Shown here in pieces: positions 53,401-64,000 of a DNA stretch of 64,000 nucleotides; the first letter of the stretch is position 1, and each line of letters begins with the position of its first letter. Source of the stretch: Neoechinorhynchus agilis (Eukaryota; Animalia; Acanthocephala); assembly GCA_051530055.1 (NCBI GenBank), contig CM121342.1:10183480-10247479 (forward strand), read 5' to 3'. The position numbers and the translations under genes are program-made. Below the pieces are notes generated by a model. That model ran no database searches. It saw nothing but the letters and a program-made list of their open reading frames with translations, and was not told the DNA's origin.

Positions 53401-55490
53401 GTATGAACATAAACGGTCACCCGGTAACGGAAACGTACGCAAATGAGAATAAATTACAGCAACACACAGCTACGAATAACAAATAAGACAAAAAAACATT
53501 GAGAACGCATTCGCGCTAATAAACACGAGTTGGCGCATGAACATAAACGGTCACCCGCTTACGGAAACGTACGCAAATGAGAAAAAATTACAGCAAAACA
53601 CAGCTACGAATAACAAATAAGACAAAAAACATGCAGAACGAATTCGCGATAATAAACCCGAGTTGGCGTATGAACATAAACGGTCACCCGGTTACGGAAA
53701 CGTACGCAAATGAGAATAAATTACAGCAACACACAGCTACGAATAACAAATAAGACAAAAAACATTGAGAACGCATTCGCGCTAATAAACACGAGTTGGC
53801 GCATGAACATAAACGGTCACCCGCTTACGGATACGTACGCAAATGAGAATAAATTACAGCAACACACAGCTACGAATAACAAATAAGACAAAAAACATTC
53901 AGAACGCATTCGCGCTAATAAACACGAGTTGGCGCATGAACATAAAAGGTCACCCGCTTACGGAAACGTACGCAAATGGGAATAAATTACAGCAACACAC
54001 AGCTACGAATAACAAATAAGACAAAAAACATTCAGAACGCACTCGCGATAATAAACCCGAGTTGCGCATGAACATAAACGGTCACCTGGTTACGGAAACG
54101 TACGCAAATGAGAATAAATTACAGCAACACACAGCTACGAACAACAAATAAGACAAAAAAACATTGAGAACGCATTCGCGATAATAAACACGCGTTGGCG
54201 CATGAACATAAACGGTCACCCGCTTACGGAAACGTACGCAAATGAGAAAAAATTACAGCAAAACGCAGCTACGAATAACAAATAAGAAAAAAAAACATTC
54301 AGAAAGAATTCGCGATAATAAACCCGAGTTGGCGCATGAACATAAACGGTCACCCGGTTACGGAAACGTACGCAAATGAGAATAAATTACAGCAACAAAA
54401 AGCTACGAATAACAAATAAGATAAAAAACATTCAGAACGCACTCGCGATAATAAACACGAGTTGGCGCATGAACATAAACGGTCACCCGCTTACGGAAAC
54501 GTACGCAAATGAGAATAAATACCAGCAAAACACAGCTACGAATAACAAATAAGACAAAAAACATTGAGAACGCATTCACACTAATAAAGACGAGTTGGCG
54601 CATGAACATAAACGGTCACCCGCTTACGGAAACGTACGCAAATGAGAATAAATTACAGCAACACACAGCTACGAATAACAAATCGGACAAAAAACATTCA
54701 GAACGCATTCGCGGTAATAAACACGAGTTGGCGTATGAACATAAACGGTCACCCGGTTACGGAAACGTACGCAAATGAGAATAAATTACAGCAACACACA
54801 GCTACGAATAACAAATAAGACAAAAAAACATTGAGAACGCATTCGCGCTAATAAACACGAGTTGGCGCATGAACATAAACGGTCACCCGCTTACGGAAAC
54901 GACGCAAATGAGAAAAAATTACAGCAAAACACAGCTACGAATAACAAATAAGACAAAAAACATGCAGAACGAATTCGCGATAATAAACCCGAGTTGGCGT
55001 ATGAACATAAACGGTCACCCGGTTACGGAAACGTACGCCAAATGAGAATAAATTACAGCAACACACAGCTACGAATAACAAATAAGACAAAAAACATTCA
55101 GAACGCATTCGCGATAATAAACACGAGTTGGCGCATGAACATAAACGGTCACCCGCTTACGGAAACGTACGCAAATGAGAATAAATTACAGCAACACACA
55201 GCTACGAATAACAAATAAGACAAAAAGAATAACAAATAAGACAAAAAACATTCAGAACGCATTCGCGATAATAAACACGAGTTGGCGCATGAACATAAAC
55301 GGTCACCCGCTTACGGAAACGTACGCAAATGAGAATAAATTACAGCAACACACAGCTACGAATAACAAATAAGACAAAAAACATTCAGAACGAATTCGCG
55401 ATAATAAACACGAGTTGGCGCATGAACATAAAGCAAAACACAGCTTCGAATAACAAATAAGAGAAAAAACATTGAGAGCGCATTCGCGCT
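41445..55490. repeat. Satellite array of a 133-bp unit, ~105 copies, A-rich plus strand, CpG-containing
   Basis: gcaaatgagaataaattacagcaacacacagctacgaataacaaataagacaaaaaacattcagaacgcattcgcgataataaacacgagttggcgcatgaacataaacggtcacccggttacggaaacgtac at 41579, 41712, etc. Confidence 0.98.
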
Positions 55491-56132
55491 AACGTGAAAT
55501 GCGTCTACTTTTCCATAAAGATAAACTTACATGAGTTTATTGTTAATTTTTGCATGTATACACGCTTGAAGATATGATTTATTGTGCGCGCATGTATGAA
55601 TGTACACTCGCAAGCAATTATGCAAGCGCCGCACATGAGCACGCGAAGTTAATATAAATGCGTATAGCAAGTGATGCTGTCGATTTCCCGTAAATCTTTT
55701 TCGTATTATTCGAGCATATCGCGATATAACTGAGTGAAGGTGCTTCGTTTGCAGGAAATACTGAACTATTTTTTGTTTGGTAAATGATTATTTTTGAGCA
55801 TAACAAGCTTGCATTAACGTTCAACGATTGACTGTGCTTATTAACATTTTGAAATTAACAACAAAATAAAAATAAAACCATTAAGTAAAAAATATGCGCT
55901 TCTCATATAATTCAGAGTTAGTAATTTTGAGCTCTTAGTGTCGATAAAGAAAATCTTAGAAAGACGTTATTTTTATGACAAGCGGTGCTTAACTATATAG
56001 CCACTTTAAATTAGCGTCGATTGATTTCTTGAGAGCGAATTCCTAAATCTAACAAAACGAATTTCCTTCTATATTTATTACTTTTTTTCGGCAACATCGT
56101 TTATCAGGTCGCATGGAAGCAGTGAAGTACTT

Positions 56133-56654
56133 TCAATCACAGAATAGATCGTTGTTTATAATATATAACTGAGAGATGGATGTCAAAGAAGCCTTTGATA
56201 AGTCACCTTTCAAAGAAGCAAGCACAGAAGGGATAGAAATGCGCCATTTCAATCTTTTTTCAAAATCAAGCTATAAAAACCACATATACTATTCTAGTAC
56301 ATAAATGGTAACCAAGTGTTTGACTGATAAGGTCAAGATTTTCGTGAAAATCGTGAATTTGTAATGGAATACTTTATCTTGAAAGCATTTTAAGCATTAT
56401 GCGTCCTTTTCAAAGAAACGAGGTACACTAATCGCCAAGCGGGAATTTCTAGAGCTTAGACAATCATTACCAAATTCCACGTGTTGTTGGATTTGTCACT
56501 TACCTTGATAAATTTCGCAAACTACGACCTCTAAGAATATATCCATTATGAATTCATTTCAGTTTACCTCAATTTCCAAATTGGCACATTGTGGTGTTCT
56601 CACAAAGAATAGTGCAACAAAATCAGCAATCTCTTCGCAACCGTTCATAACCAT
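56133..56654 (-). CDS. Possible small uncharacterised spliced gene
   Basis: ATG at 56654 with good donors (gag|gtaaac, caag|gtaagt) and open exon fragments. One junction could not be resolved, and no homology was recognised. Confidence 0.3.
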
Positions 56655-56744
56655 CAAAAGTTGCATTTTTCTAAATACAAGAGCTTCTTGAACAATAACG
56701 GAAACAGAGTACGGACATTTAATATAATAGACCATTTTTGAGCT

Positions 56745-57447
56745 TTAGAATCGACTTTCATGAGATTTATTGTTTCGTCCATTGTTACCGTTACTAAAGC
56801 TTCCTCCAAAGCACAGCCAGTTTTCAAAAAGGTGACGCTTTCTGTATCCACTTACGAAACTTTTCGTCGAGCTTTTTGACACTTTACGTCTGCTTCTCAC
56901 AAACGTTTCCATGGCCTTGACGAACACGTTATCAATATTTAAATGCATGAGTGAAGAGCATTCAATATACGAATACATGCCCAATTTTTTAGCCAGCGCT
57001 TGAGCTTCGTCTACTGAAACTTGTCTTCGGAACATTTGAACGTCGTTACGTCGGTCACTTTGAAGACCTACAAGGACAGCACCAGATTTCGACCAGAATT
57101 TCTTAAGTTCTGGGAACCATTTAGCTTCAACATTCATAAATGAACACCTATCCACAACTGAGAAACATATTCCACTTCTGAGTCTCTTTTTTGGAGCCAT
57201 AGAGAACCAGAGTTGGTACAAGGAATATATCCGCGCATGGATACATCATAACACGCAATTGGTCCCATTCCTCTTGTCCGGCACTGTCGTACAATTCAAG
57301 CATATAAGGTCGTCCTTTCCACTCGATACGTTTAGCGTAGTTCTCAAAAACCGTTGGCACATACCGAGAAGGAAATATGCCGGTCGTATAAACGTGTAGA
57401 AGACATGTTTTGCCAACAGTGCCATCTCCAACAACTAGACATCTCAT
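56745..57447 (-). CDS. Rho-family small GTPase (Cdc42/Rac/RhoU-like), interrupted by a 49-nt non-canonical insert
   Basis: GDGTVGKT, YVPTVFENY, LYDSAGQEEWDQLR, DIFLV|CFSVV, LVGLQSDRR and YIECSS. No terminal CAAX. Confidence 0.92.
57168..57218 (-). other. TA-flanked hairpin insert / putative non-canonical intron (49 nt, AC..AT) in the Rho GTPase
   Basis: Minus strand TA ccaactctggttctct...agagactcagaagtggaa TA. The arms match at 12/16. Excision restores DIFLVCFSVV. Confidence 0.82.
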
Positions 57448-57753
57448 ACTCAATGGTTTTTCGGGAATCGATGACACACGACGTGACCGAAATGCATGTC
57501 GCGTTAAATTCGCAGTGGTAGTGTAAAGACTACCCGCTTGAGAACGCGACTTTTGATCGTGATGAATATTAAGACCAAAAATCTCGACTGACAAATGAAC
57601 AAAAATCAGAAACAAATAACTCTACAAGCAACCTTGATAAATGCACAATATTGTACCGGAATATCGGATCTAATAAAGTCGTTTAATTTTTTACGCCAAA
57701 AATAAACTAAGAAATCTTGATTCGAAATTCAATTATAAAAGGGTTACAAAGGT

Positions 57754-57968
57754 GCCAAGTGAATTTATAAAAGTCTGAGAGCTTCCTGGTTTTGGTAGAG
57801 TGCTAAAAATTTTCCACTTGTTTATTGCAAAAACCGGAAACAAATAATTAAGACCAGAGAAACTCACAAATTAACTCTGTATTTAACAGTTTTTTCTTTG
57901 AGTTAGAAAGGGGCCAAGTGAATTTATAAAAGCCTGAGAGCTTCCTGGTTTGATAGAGTGCTAAAAAA
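57754..57968. repeat. Pair of ~55-bp direct repeats 159 bp apart, upstream of the Rho gene
   Basis: gccaagtgaatttataaaag(t/c)ctgagagcttcctggttt..tagagtgctaaaaa at 57754 and 57913. Confidence 0.9.
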
Positions 57969-58037
57969 CTTCACGATTATAACACTTAATTTTACTGAGA
58001 AATTTAAAGAAAATAACGAATAATATTCATTCTAAAT

Positions 58038-58490
58038 TCAATTATAAAATCCTGTATTCATTTCAGAATGAGCTATTCTCCCTCTAAGAATAAAGCGCGA
58101 TAAAATCCCAACGTCTTCGTCGAGGTTTAAGGTCATAGATATGGGTGACGAATAAAAAGCCAATGAAGCTGATCTGGTAGCGGCCGCTATAAGATCAGGA
58201 GTACTTTTCACACTTACTCGATCATCCGAAGATCTGACGGAATCAGTAGTGATTGACGAGTTTCTGGAAGTACTTTTGCGACTTGCCAACTTCATTACTA
58301 GTTGTTCGCCATTGCTCAGTCGATTGTGCCTTTTTAATTCTAAAAATCTTAGGAGCTGAAGAATAGAGAAGATATTCTATATCCGAATTCTGAAGGAAAA
58401 GAGTATTTATTTCGACGAATTCGATCTCGTGTGCCATAACTCTTGTTTTATGTAGAGCCTTTATTCTTATTACGACCGCGCTTTCCAGGC
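58038..58490 (-). CDS. Possible uncharacterised coding region (two overlapping open frames)
   Basis: Two minus-strand frames are open for >80 codons after AG acceptors. No recognisable domain. Confidence 0.3.
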
Positions 58491-58991
58491 TCTAAAAGAA
58501 GGGGAATAAGGAATTAATGGCGGTGGCATAAGTAGACGTATGACTTTGTCATGCCAACACTGCTTTATTGTACAAACTTAAAATTTAATAGTACACGTTC
58601 TGGTGAAATATACACCAATGTCTTTGATTTCAAGCATCTAGCTGTACAGGACGACAAAAGAAGACTACGGATAAATCTACGCTTTCATTTAATGAAATGT
58701 GTATGAGAACATCTTATGAGCACTAAGAAGGGTGTAAGGAGGAGGTCAACAAAAGGACCAAGCAATTAGCTCGGTTGTGTTTGCTCGACGGTTATATAAA
58801 AATATAAGACGTTTCCTTCATCGCTATGTCAAAATCTACTTGAGGCCGCATTGAGCGGTTTGACCTTGCAGACTAATTGTGCTTTTATATGGATAGACAA
58901 GCACAATGTTTATATCAATTTCAGCGTTCCTACTGACGAGATTGTATTTGAGAATTATTAGAAATAGGCGTGATGTGGCATTAGAGCCAAA

Positions 58992-60757
58992 TTAGCGACA
59001 TTTGTGCAATTTGGGAATTTTATGGAACAAACCTTTCTTCTTTGCAGCCATAACGAAATCAAAAACACTTAGTGATTGTTCGGTCGACACTTCGTTGGTT
59101 GGTGGTCGAAGAATTGGTTGTCTGACAGGCCAACGCCTTTCTTTATTTACACAAGTGACCTGTTGTGGTACTTCTTCGCCAACTGAATGAATACACGGGA
59201 ACACGTCTTCAGTATTTTGGTACACTGAATTTCCGTCGTGGTTCTTGGAATGTCCAACATTAATAGCTATTATAACGGTGAAGAAGATATCAAGGAGCTT
59301 CTCGTTTTCGTATCTTTAACGAAAAATACCTTTCCGCATTTCCTGCTGAGAACGCATATCAGCCACGGCTTTTGATTTGCTATCTCTCCTTCGTCTAGTC
59401 TCACGTTCCTCCTGTCGTTGTTTCAACAAATGATCAAAGTGTACCAGAGTGCGAGCGCTAAGCAAGTGGGAAAGATCGAGTTCAACCAAATGACACTCGA
59501 CGCCAAAATCAAGGTGCTTTATAAATCTATAACGCTTATGAGTGTCCTACGTGGTAGATAAAAAGAAAATAATCGCGTTTTATCTAGCGAAGGGTGAGGC
59601 TTACTTCGTTCACAAAGAATGTTTCCATTGACACAACACGGCCTGATAAGCTCATTGGATATTTTTGACTTGAACGATGCTCATAATCAAGACAGCGAAT
59701 GTTTATCGGGTGCAAGTATATTCGTTGTCCATCGGAAGATTGATAAAAGGTGCCAATCGGTCGTGTTTTACGTGCTTCAAATGTCAAATCTTCCTTAAGG
59801 TCCGAACTTTCGCAGATTGCAGACGTTTCCAAAAGGGACAAATAACGATCAATTTGGGTCTAAAATTTTTTTTATCAAAACTCGTGATTCCATGCCATTT
59901 TAAGCGCTTTTAATACACTCACCATGCATTTTCTTTTTGCCATTTCTAAGAAAGCCATATTAAGTTCTTCAGTTGGATCACATGAAGCTTTGACTTCTTC
60001 GATAGCTGCGTCGATTTCAAGCGATTCCTTCATTAGAACCTGATCGATAAGATCTCTAACGTGGACGAATAAATTTTTCCTGAGTCCCGAAACTTCAGTT
60101 TCAGCCAGTGGATCAACTACATCTCCGTTTTCAACGTACATGTGATGCATTTCTATAGTATCGTTCACTTCATATCCATGGACAACAAGCTGTTCGAAAC
60201 TCTTTAGAGTACAAAGTTCAATCGGTTTACTACAAGCTGGACATTGGCACCAGGTTTTTGTGCCGTTTATGGTTGTGTGTCGAAGAATACAGTGCCAACA
60301 AAATATGTGTCCACATCGGGTAACTTTAGCTAGGGAAAATATTAAAAATAGAAAAGAAACACTCAAAGTATACCTGCAACCGGTTCGGATAAACAAATAA
60401 GACACTTGGATAGTTGATGGTCGAAACAACGAACTTGTTTTATTAAGGTCCATGAAAAATCATCAAATCGGTCTCCATGGAGGAAGATGAACTGAAAACG
60501 CGCTCTTGTGTATTGATCTATGTCTGTACGCCGATGATCCTTGGGTTTTCCACCTCTTCGATTTGGAAACCCATGTCCACTTCTCAATTCGTCTCCACCT
60601 GGGCGAGAAAAATCGAATATACTTTCCAATATGGCACGGTTTAGTTGTTCGCCACTTCGACCAGCTACCCGCTAAAAGTTTAGAGAAATAACAGTAGTAT
60701 TACAGCGTGGAAGATTGAAAAATTCACCGATTGTTTCTGTTTCTTGTTTCCCACCAT
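58992..60757 (-). CDS. RNF10: RING finger protein RNF10/Mag2 homolog, ~6 exons with GT-AG introns
   Basis: RFQFIF...[33 protein letters not shown]...WCQCPAC, FYQSSDGQRIYLHPINIRCL and HKRYRFIKHL. ATG at 60757. Confidence 0.9.
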
Positions 60758-60954
60758 TTCGTGAATAAACTTCAAATAATTTCAAGACCGAACAAATACA
60801 ATAATCTAACATCTTCTGTTGACCATCTTCAATTTTTATTTTCTTTGTGCAAATGAAATGTAAGCGTTTCTATTGGTTCTCGACTTTTAAATTTAATGCT
60901 TCTGAAATCTAGAATCGATAAAAGGTTCAATTGTAAAGTTGTTCATTTATAGAT

Positions 60955-61183
60955 GTTTTTTGGCGATTATAAAAATAGAGACTATTTTATTATTCTCAAT
61001 GTTTCGTCCGTCTCATCGGACTTTTTCAAGTTGTTCAATTGCTTCGAGATAAAAGTGAAAGTTATAAAGTTGTTTTTCGCAGCAAGAGATCGTTCGCGAA
61101 AATCGATTACAACCTGAAGTCTGACGAGACGGACGAAATATTGAAATCAATAAAGCAGTCTCTATTTTTATAATCACCAAAAA
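60955..61183. mobile_element. MITE-like element with ~70-bp terminal inverted repeats
   Basis: tttttggcgattataaaaatagagact...caatgtttcgtccgtctcatcggact matches the reverse complement of agtctgacgagacggacgaaatattg...agtctctattttttataatcaccaaaaa. Confidence 0.85.
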
Positions 61184-61969
61184 GGGTTCAATATCGACAT
61201 TTGTTTTGACATGAACATTTCATATATAATTGATAATATTTGACACAGATTAAATGCCAGGACTTTAATGAAAAGTCCTTGAGTTTATTTAGCTCCTACG
61301 GTAGCTTAAAAATTACATACATAAAAAATTAGGAACTTTTGTCGGATCGCTACAGAGCACAAAGATCGTTAAAAACATCATAAAACGGAATTCCTTTTAG
61401 GACGACTAAAAGTACATTTCTGAATGCATTATTATGCAAGATTCCGATTATTAATCTTACTACATAGAAAGAGATCCAGATATAATTAATCGCATCGTCT
61501 ACCTTGTGGAGCATTCCGATGATATCATTTAGGGTCGAAATGATATCAGTGACAATAATTAACCTACGTTCCCATTGTCCAAAACGGAAATAAATCTTAT
61601 CACTATCTGTTTGGGGAAAGTAGGAAATAAATGGATTGTTGTTTAACTAATGATCTTATCAAAGTGTAGGAAAAGTGAATCTAAAATATAAAGTGTCGAT
61701 TTCAAAATCACCGCAAATGTCGGTAAAAATTACGACAGACAAAAACAACCAACAAAATTTTAGTTTGACGCTTGTAATTGGTGCAGCGTTAATTTAGGAT
61801 CAAGCGACAAATTGAAATTTCGCTGTTTTGTTCGAAAATGTTGCTATTCTTCGTCAACGCCTATGAATCGTTCGTTTCTTTGAAGTCATTCGATGAATAA
61901 TGCCCAAACGCAAGTTTTTGTTCCATCTTAAAGAAATCCGTAAAGAGGTTGTTCATTTATGTATTTCTT

Positions 61970-62045
61970 GATGGTAAAAAATAGATATTCATTTATTAAT
62001 TCTCAATATTTCGTCCGTCTCGTCGGACCTCTTCAGGTTGCTTGT
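61970..62045. repeat. Solo arm of the same MITE-like family
   Basis: aaaaaatagatattcatttattaattctcaatatttcgtccgtctcgtcggacc matches the left arm at ~60970-61022. Confidence 0.8.
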
Positions 62046-62994
62046 AAGTTACTAAAAAAATCAATATTAAAAAATCTATAGACCATTAAAAAATTATAAT
62101 AAAGGATAAAAACATTCAAATCCATTTTTGCTAATTTATTCTTTAAATAAAAATTTCACAGAGTGATGGCACTTTGCACGGACAGAAATTCGATTTTATT
62201 GAACGTACTAATTCGGATATTAAAGACTAAAAACGTAACTAAAACTTGAAAGTCAAACTCATTGAATTACGTAATCAGGGAAATAATTAATCGCAGGCGC
62301 TAATGAGAAATAGCAACAACTTTCAGCGAAAAATTCATCAAGTACGAAGTGAAGCACTATGTCGAATTTCTATACGAAAGAAATGTTTAAGATTTTTGAT
62401 TGATGATATATTTTTTTGGAATAGTAAACTATTTTTTTTCTTTGATTCAATCAGTTTTAGTTACAATTTATTCCTGTGAACTTCTTGACGTTGCCAGTAT
62501 ACTGGCAGCGTTCCCTCATGATATGACATCACTCAACGTTAAAAAATTAATTATGAATTTTTTTAGAACACATTGATTTCGTTATATTTTAATGTCGGAA
62601 AGCAATGTTCTTTTACAAAAAAAGAATAAAATCATGTGAACTCTTTATTCTTGAAGACTTGATTAAAGATTTAAAAAAAACGATAATCTTTCCAATCTCA
62701 TTCGAGAGCTTAACGGGTAACCGGCTTCAAAACGTAGTGAATATTTCAAATGTTTAAATGTTTTTTGATTTTAAAGTTGATGCACCTTCAAACGTTCCTT
62801 TTTTTAGATTCTTAGTGTTCTTAGGCACAAAATTATTCAAATACTTTTAATCAATTTATAAATCAATCGAATATTAAGCATTTAAGCTTATATTTTGCAA
62901 AATATTCTACGGGACGAAAACACAGTTTTTCTGTTCGTCATATAAATGCTCAATTGGTTTTTAATAAAATTTGAAGTATGGTGTGGTCATAATA

Positions 62995-64000
62995 ACCCAA
63001 CCCCGATTAAACCCGGTACCGGTCCCAAGCCCGGATAAATGGGGAGGGTTGGTGTTAGGAAGGGCATCCGACCACTTTGTGTTGGCAAATAAACTTCGCA
63101 TCACGAACACTTACTTTAAGAAAGAAGAACGACAATTTGTGACTTACAGCATCGGCGGCGCGAAGAAAACGCAAATAGACTATATCCTCTATCCACAAGA
63201 AAAAGTGAAATACGTAAAAACTATACCTGGAGAGATGTGCGCTTCGGAACACCGTTTACTGTTCATAGACCTGGAGATCTAGAACATCAAAAGACCCAAA
63301 TGAAGGATGCCTAGTAAAATCAAATGGTGGCTACTTGATCAAACTCTATATCGCGAGGAAAACAAGAAGCAGGTCATCAGCATTCTAAATCACGACATTG
63401 AGGTTACGAACGGATGGTGGATTAAATCGGCAGAGGAAATTCATAGAATAGGCAGAGAAACCCTTGGAATAACCACAGATAGAAAAGGACCGAAACAAGA
63501 AACATGGTGGTGGAACGACGAGTTGCAAAGGGCGATAGCAGACAAAGAGAGTGCGAAAAAAGAAAATGCGACAAAAAGAGCTAAGAAAGCTGTGGGGATA
63601 GGGAAGCAAGAGGTGAATTCAATCTTCTATTCAAAGCAGGAGGGCAGCTGAGTGATCCAGAGCGATGGTGTGAATGATTTCATGACATTTATGATTAATT
63701 TAAAAAATGTTTGTTTAAAGGAAAATTTATGATTAAAAAACAATGTCATATGTGTTCAAAGTGTCGACGATCAAAGATCAAGGATCGAAGGACATTACGG
63801 AGGCAAAGCAAATTAAGGACAAGGATCGGAACATTTTGAGCCTAAAAGAAGTTAAGAAAGGTGGAGATAATACGTAGATCAACTGCTGAACAGTAAAAAT
63901 GGAGCAGAAATAGTGGAAGAGCAGGAACCTAACGAAGGATTAGTCAACGCAATATCAGAGGTCGAAGTTAATACAGCATTTTCCAAGATGAAAAACGGGA
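62995..64000 (+). mobile_element. Decayed RTE-clade non-LTR retrotransposon, running off the window end
   Basis: APE C-terminal LRITNTYFKK...VTY...TQIDYIL...VKTIPGE...SEHRLLFIDL, then KIKWW, WWNDELQRAI, ERWR*YVDQLLN and ISEVEVNTAFSKMKNG, which are typical RTE linker motifs. Contains stops and frameshifts. Confidence 0.85.

Noticed and set aside
41860-55372. Many MRINYS.../MRSQCF... ORFs
   Set aside because: Chance frames through the 133-bp satellite; repetitive, with no domain.
41445-55490. Satellite as a CRISPR array or SL-RNA/5S gene cluster
   Set aside because: No unique spacers, eukaryotic context, and no 5S boxes or convincing Sm site/leader structure.
4275-60757. Alternative genetic code (stop reassignment) to explain in-frame stops
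   Set aside because: Long intronless ORFs (CDT1, nucleotidyltransferase) have no internal stops, and genes end in TAG, TGA and TAA. The interruptions also include frameshifts.

Overview
AT-rich, gene-dense eukaryotic (metazoan-like) genomic window. Most introns are tiny canonical GT-AG introns of about 35-60 nt. Recognisable genes: CDT1, TELO2, UQCC1/CBP3, ZPR1, a catalytically degenerate M1 aminopeptidase, a GLD-2/TENT2-like nucleotidyltransferase, BECN1, an atypical Rho-family GTPase and RNF10, plus several uncharacterised ORFs. About 37% of the window is three tandem arrays (447-bp, 70-bp and 133-bp units). There are also two decayed non-LTR retrotransposons and MITE-like elements. The main signal: three conserved genes (ZPR1, the Rho GTPase, the aminopeptidase) are each interrupted by a 49-60 nt hairpin-forming insert flanked by TA...TA with no satisfactory GT-AG splice, and removing it to leave one TA restores the conserved protein exactly. 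UQCC1 has a fourth, ambiguous case. This points to non-canonical A..AT hairpin introns derived from TA-targeting mini-transposons, or to IES-like DNA excision. Splice-acceptor-like sites just upstream of many start codons and very short intergenic gaps suggest SL trans-splicing or operons, as in larvacean tunicates; the taxon is inferred, not shown. All gene models and alignments were made by eye against remembered family consensus, and no database search was run.
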